DNA of 31,647 bases. Origin: Patescibacteria group bacterium. GTDB taxonomy: Bacteria > Patescibacteriota > Minisyncoccia > Moranbacterales > JAKLHP01. The DNA is taken from the NCBI GenBank assembly GCA_022710085.1, contig JAKLHP010000001.1, positions 1-31,647 on the forward strand, read 5' to 3'. Position numbers and translations under genes: made by a program. Below the pieces are notes generated by a model that was given only the letters and a program-made list of their open reading frames with translations, did no database searches and had not been told where the DNA came from. Within the stretch, counting starts at the first letter, position 1, and every line of letters begins with the position of its first letter. Positions 31,543 to 31,647 of the stretch are shown here, piece by piece.

Positions 31543-31647
31543 ATCCTTATTGCTCCTCTTCTTAAGACAATTATTTTTCCATTTTCTATTCTAATAAGCG
31601 TTGAGGATAAAGACTTCAATGTTCCTCCATCCACATAAAAATCCACC
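31539..31647 (-). CDS. tsaC: 3' end of L-threonylcarbamoyladenylate synthase (TsaC/Sua5/YrdC), truncated at the right edge
   Basis: VDFYVDGGTLKSLSSTLIRIENGKIIVLRRGAIRI* matches the DGG...ST...LRxGAI C-terminus of the family; stop is TGA. Confidence 0.75.
   Translation of the reverse strand, partial: VDFYVDGGTLKSLSSTLIRIENGKIIVLRRGAIRI

Noticed and set aside
1-31647. Alternative genetic code (UGA=Gly, as in Gracilibacteria/Absconditabacteria)
   Set aside because: All long core ORFs translate fully in code 11, and TGA ends tsaC at the expected position.

Overview
AT-rich bacterial chromosomal window read in standard code 11. Its features fit a Patescibacteria (CPR, Parcubacteria-like) genome: small intergenic spaces, core genes mostly without Shine-Dalgarno (SD) sites, tRNAs without encoded CCA, rpmF-nusB-rnc synteny and no rplJL after rplA. 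That assignment is an inference; no search was run. Core content: murD, D-aminoacylase-like amidohydrolase, 3 tRNAs, beta-CASP nuclease, uppP, ChbG-like deacetylase, rnc-nusB-rpmF-rnhB, dnaE, thrS, miaB-miaA, gatB, a thymidylate cluster (glyA, dCMP deaminase, kinase, double-domain ThyX, Tmk-like, MazG-like), rplA-rplK-nusG-secE and the 3' end of tsaC. The ORF track misses three genes: a >959-codon surface-protein gene running off the left edge, a 32-aa membrane peptide with its own promoter, SD and terminator, and a 59-aa Cys-rich antisense ORF inside the thrS leader. The most interesting signals are non-coding: (1) a transcriptional thrS T-box with an ultrashort 36-nt Stem I; (2) a 37-nt hairpin duplicated just before both nusG and rplK, with pairing-compatible substitutions (candidate undescribed leader); (3) inverted 7/8-mer tandem arrays at three consecutive gene junctions, with related in-frame arrays inside genes; (4) a promoter- and terminator-bounded structured RNA between the peptide gene and dnaE. 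I saw no CRISPR array, transposase, integrase or rRNA.
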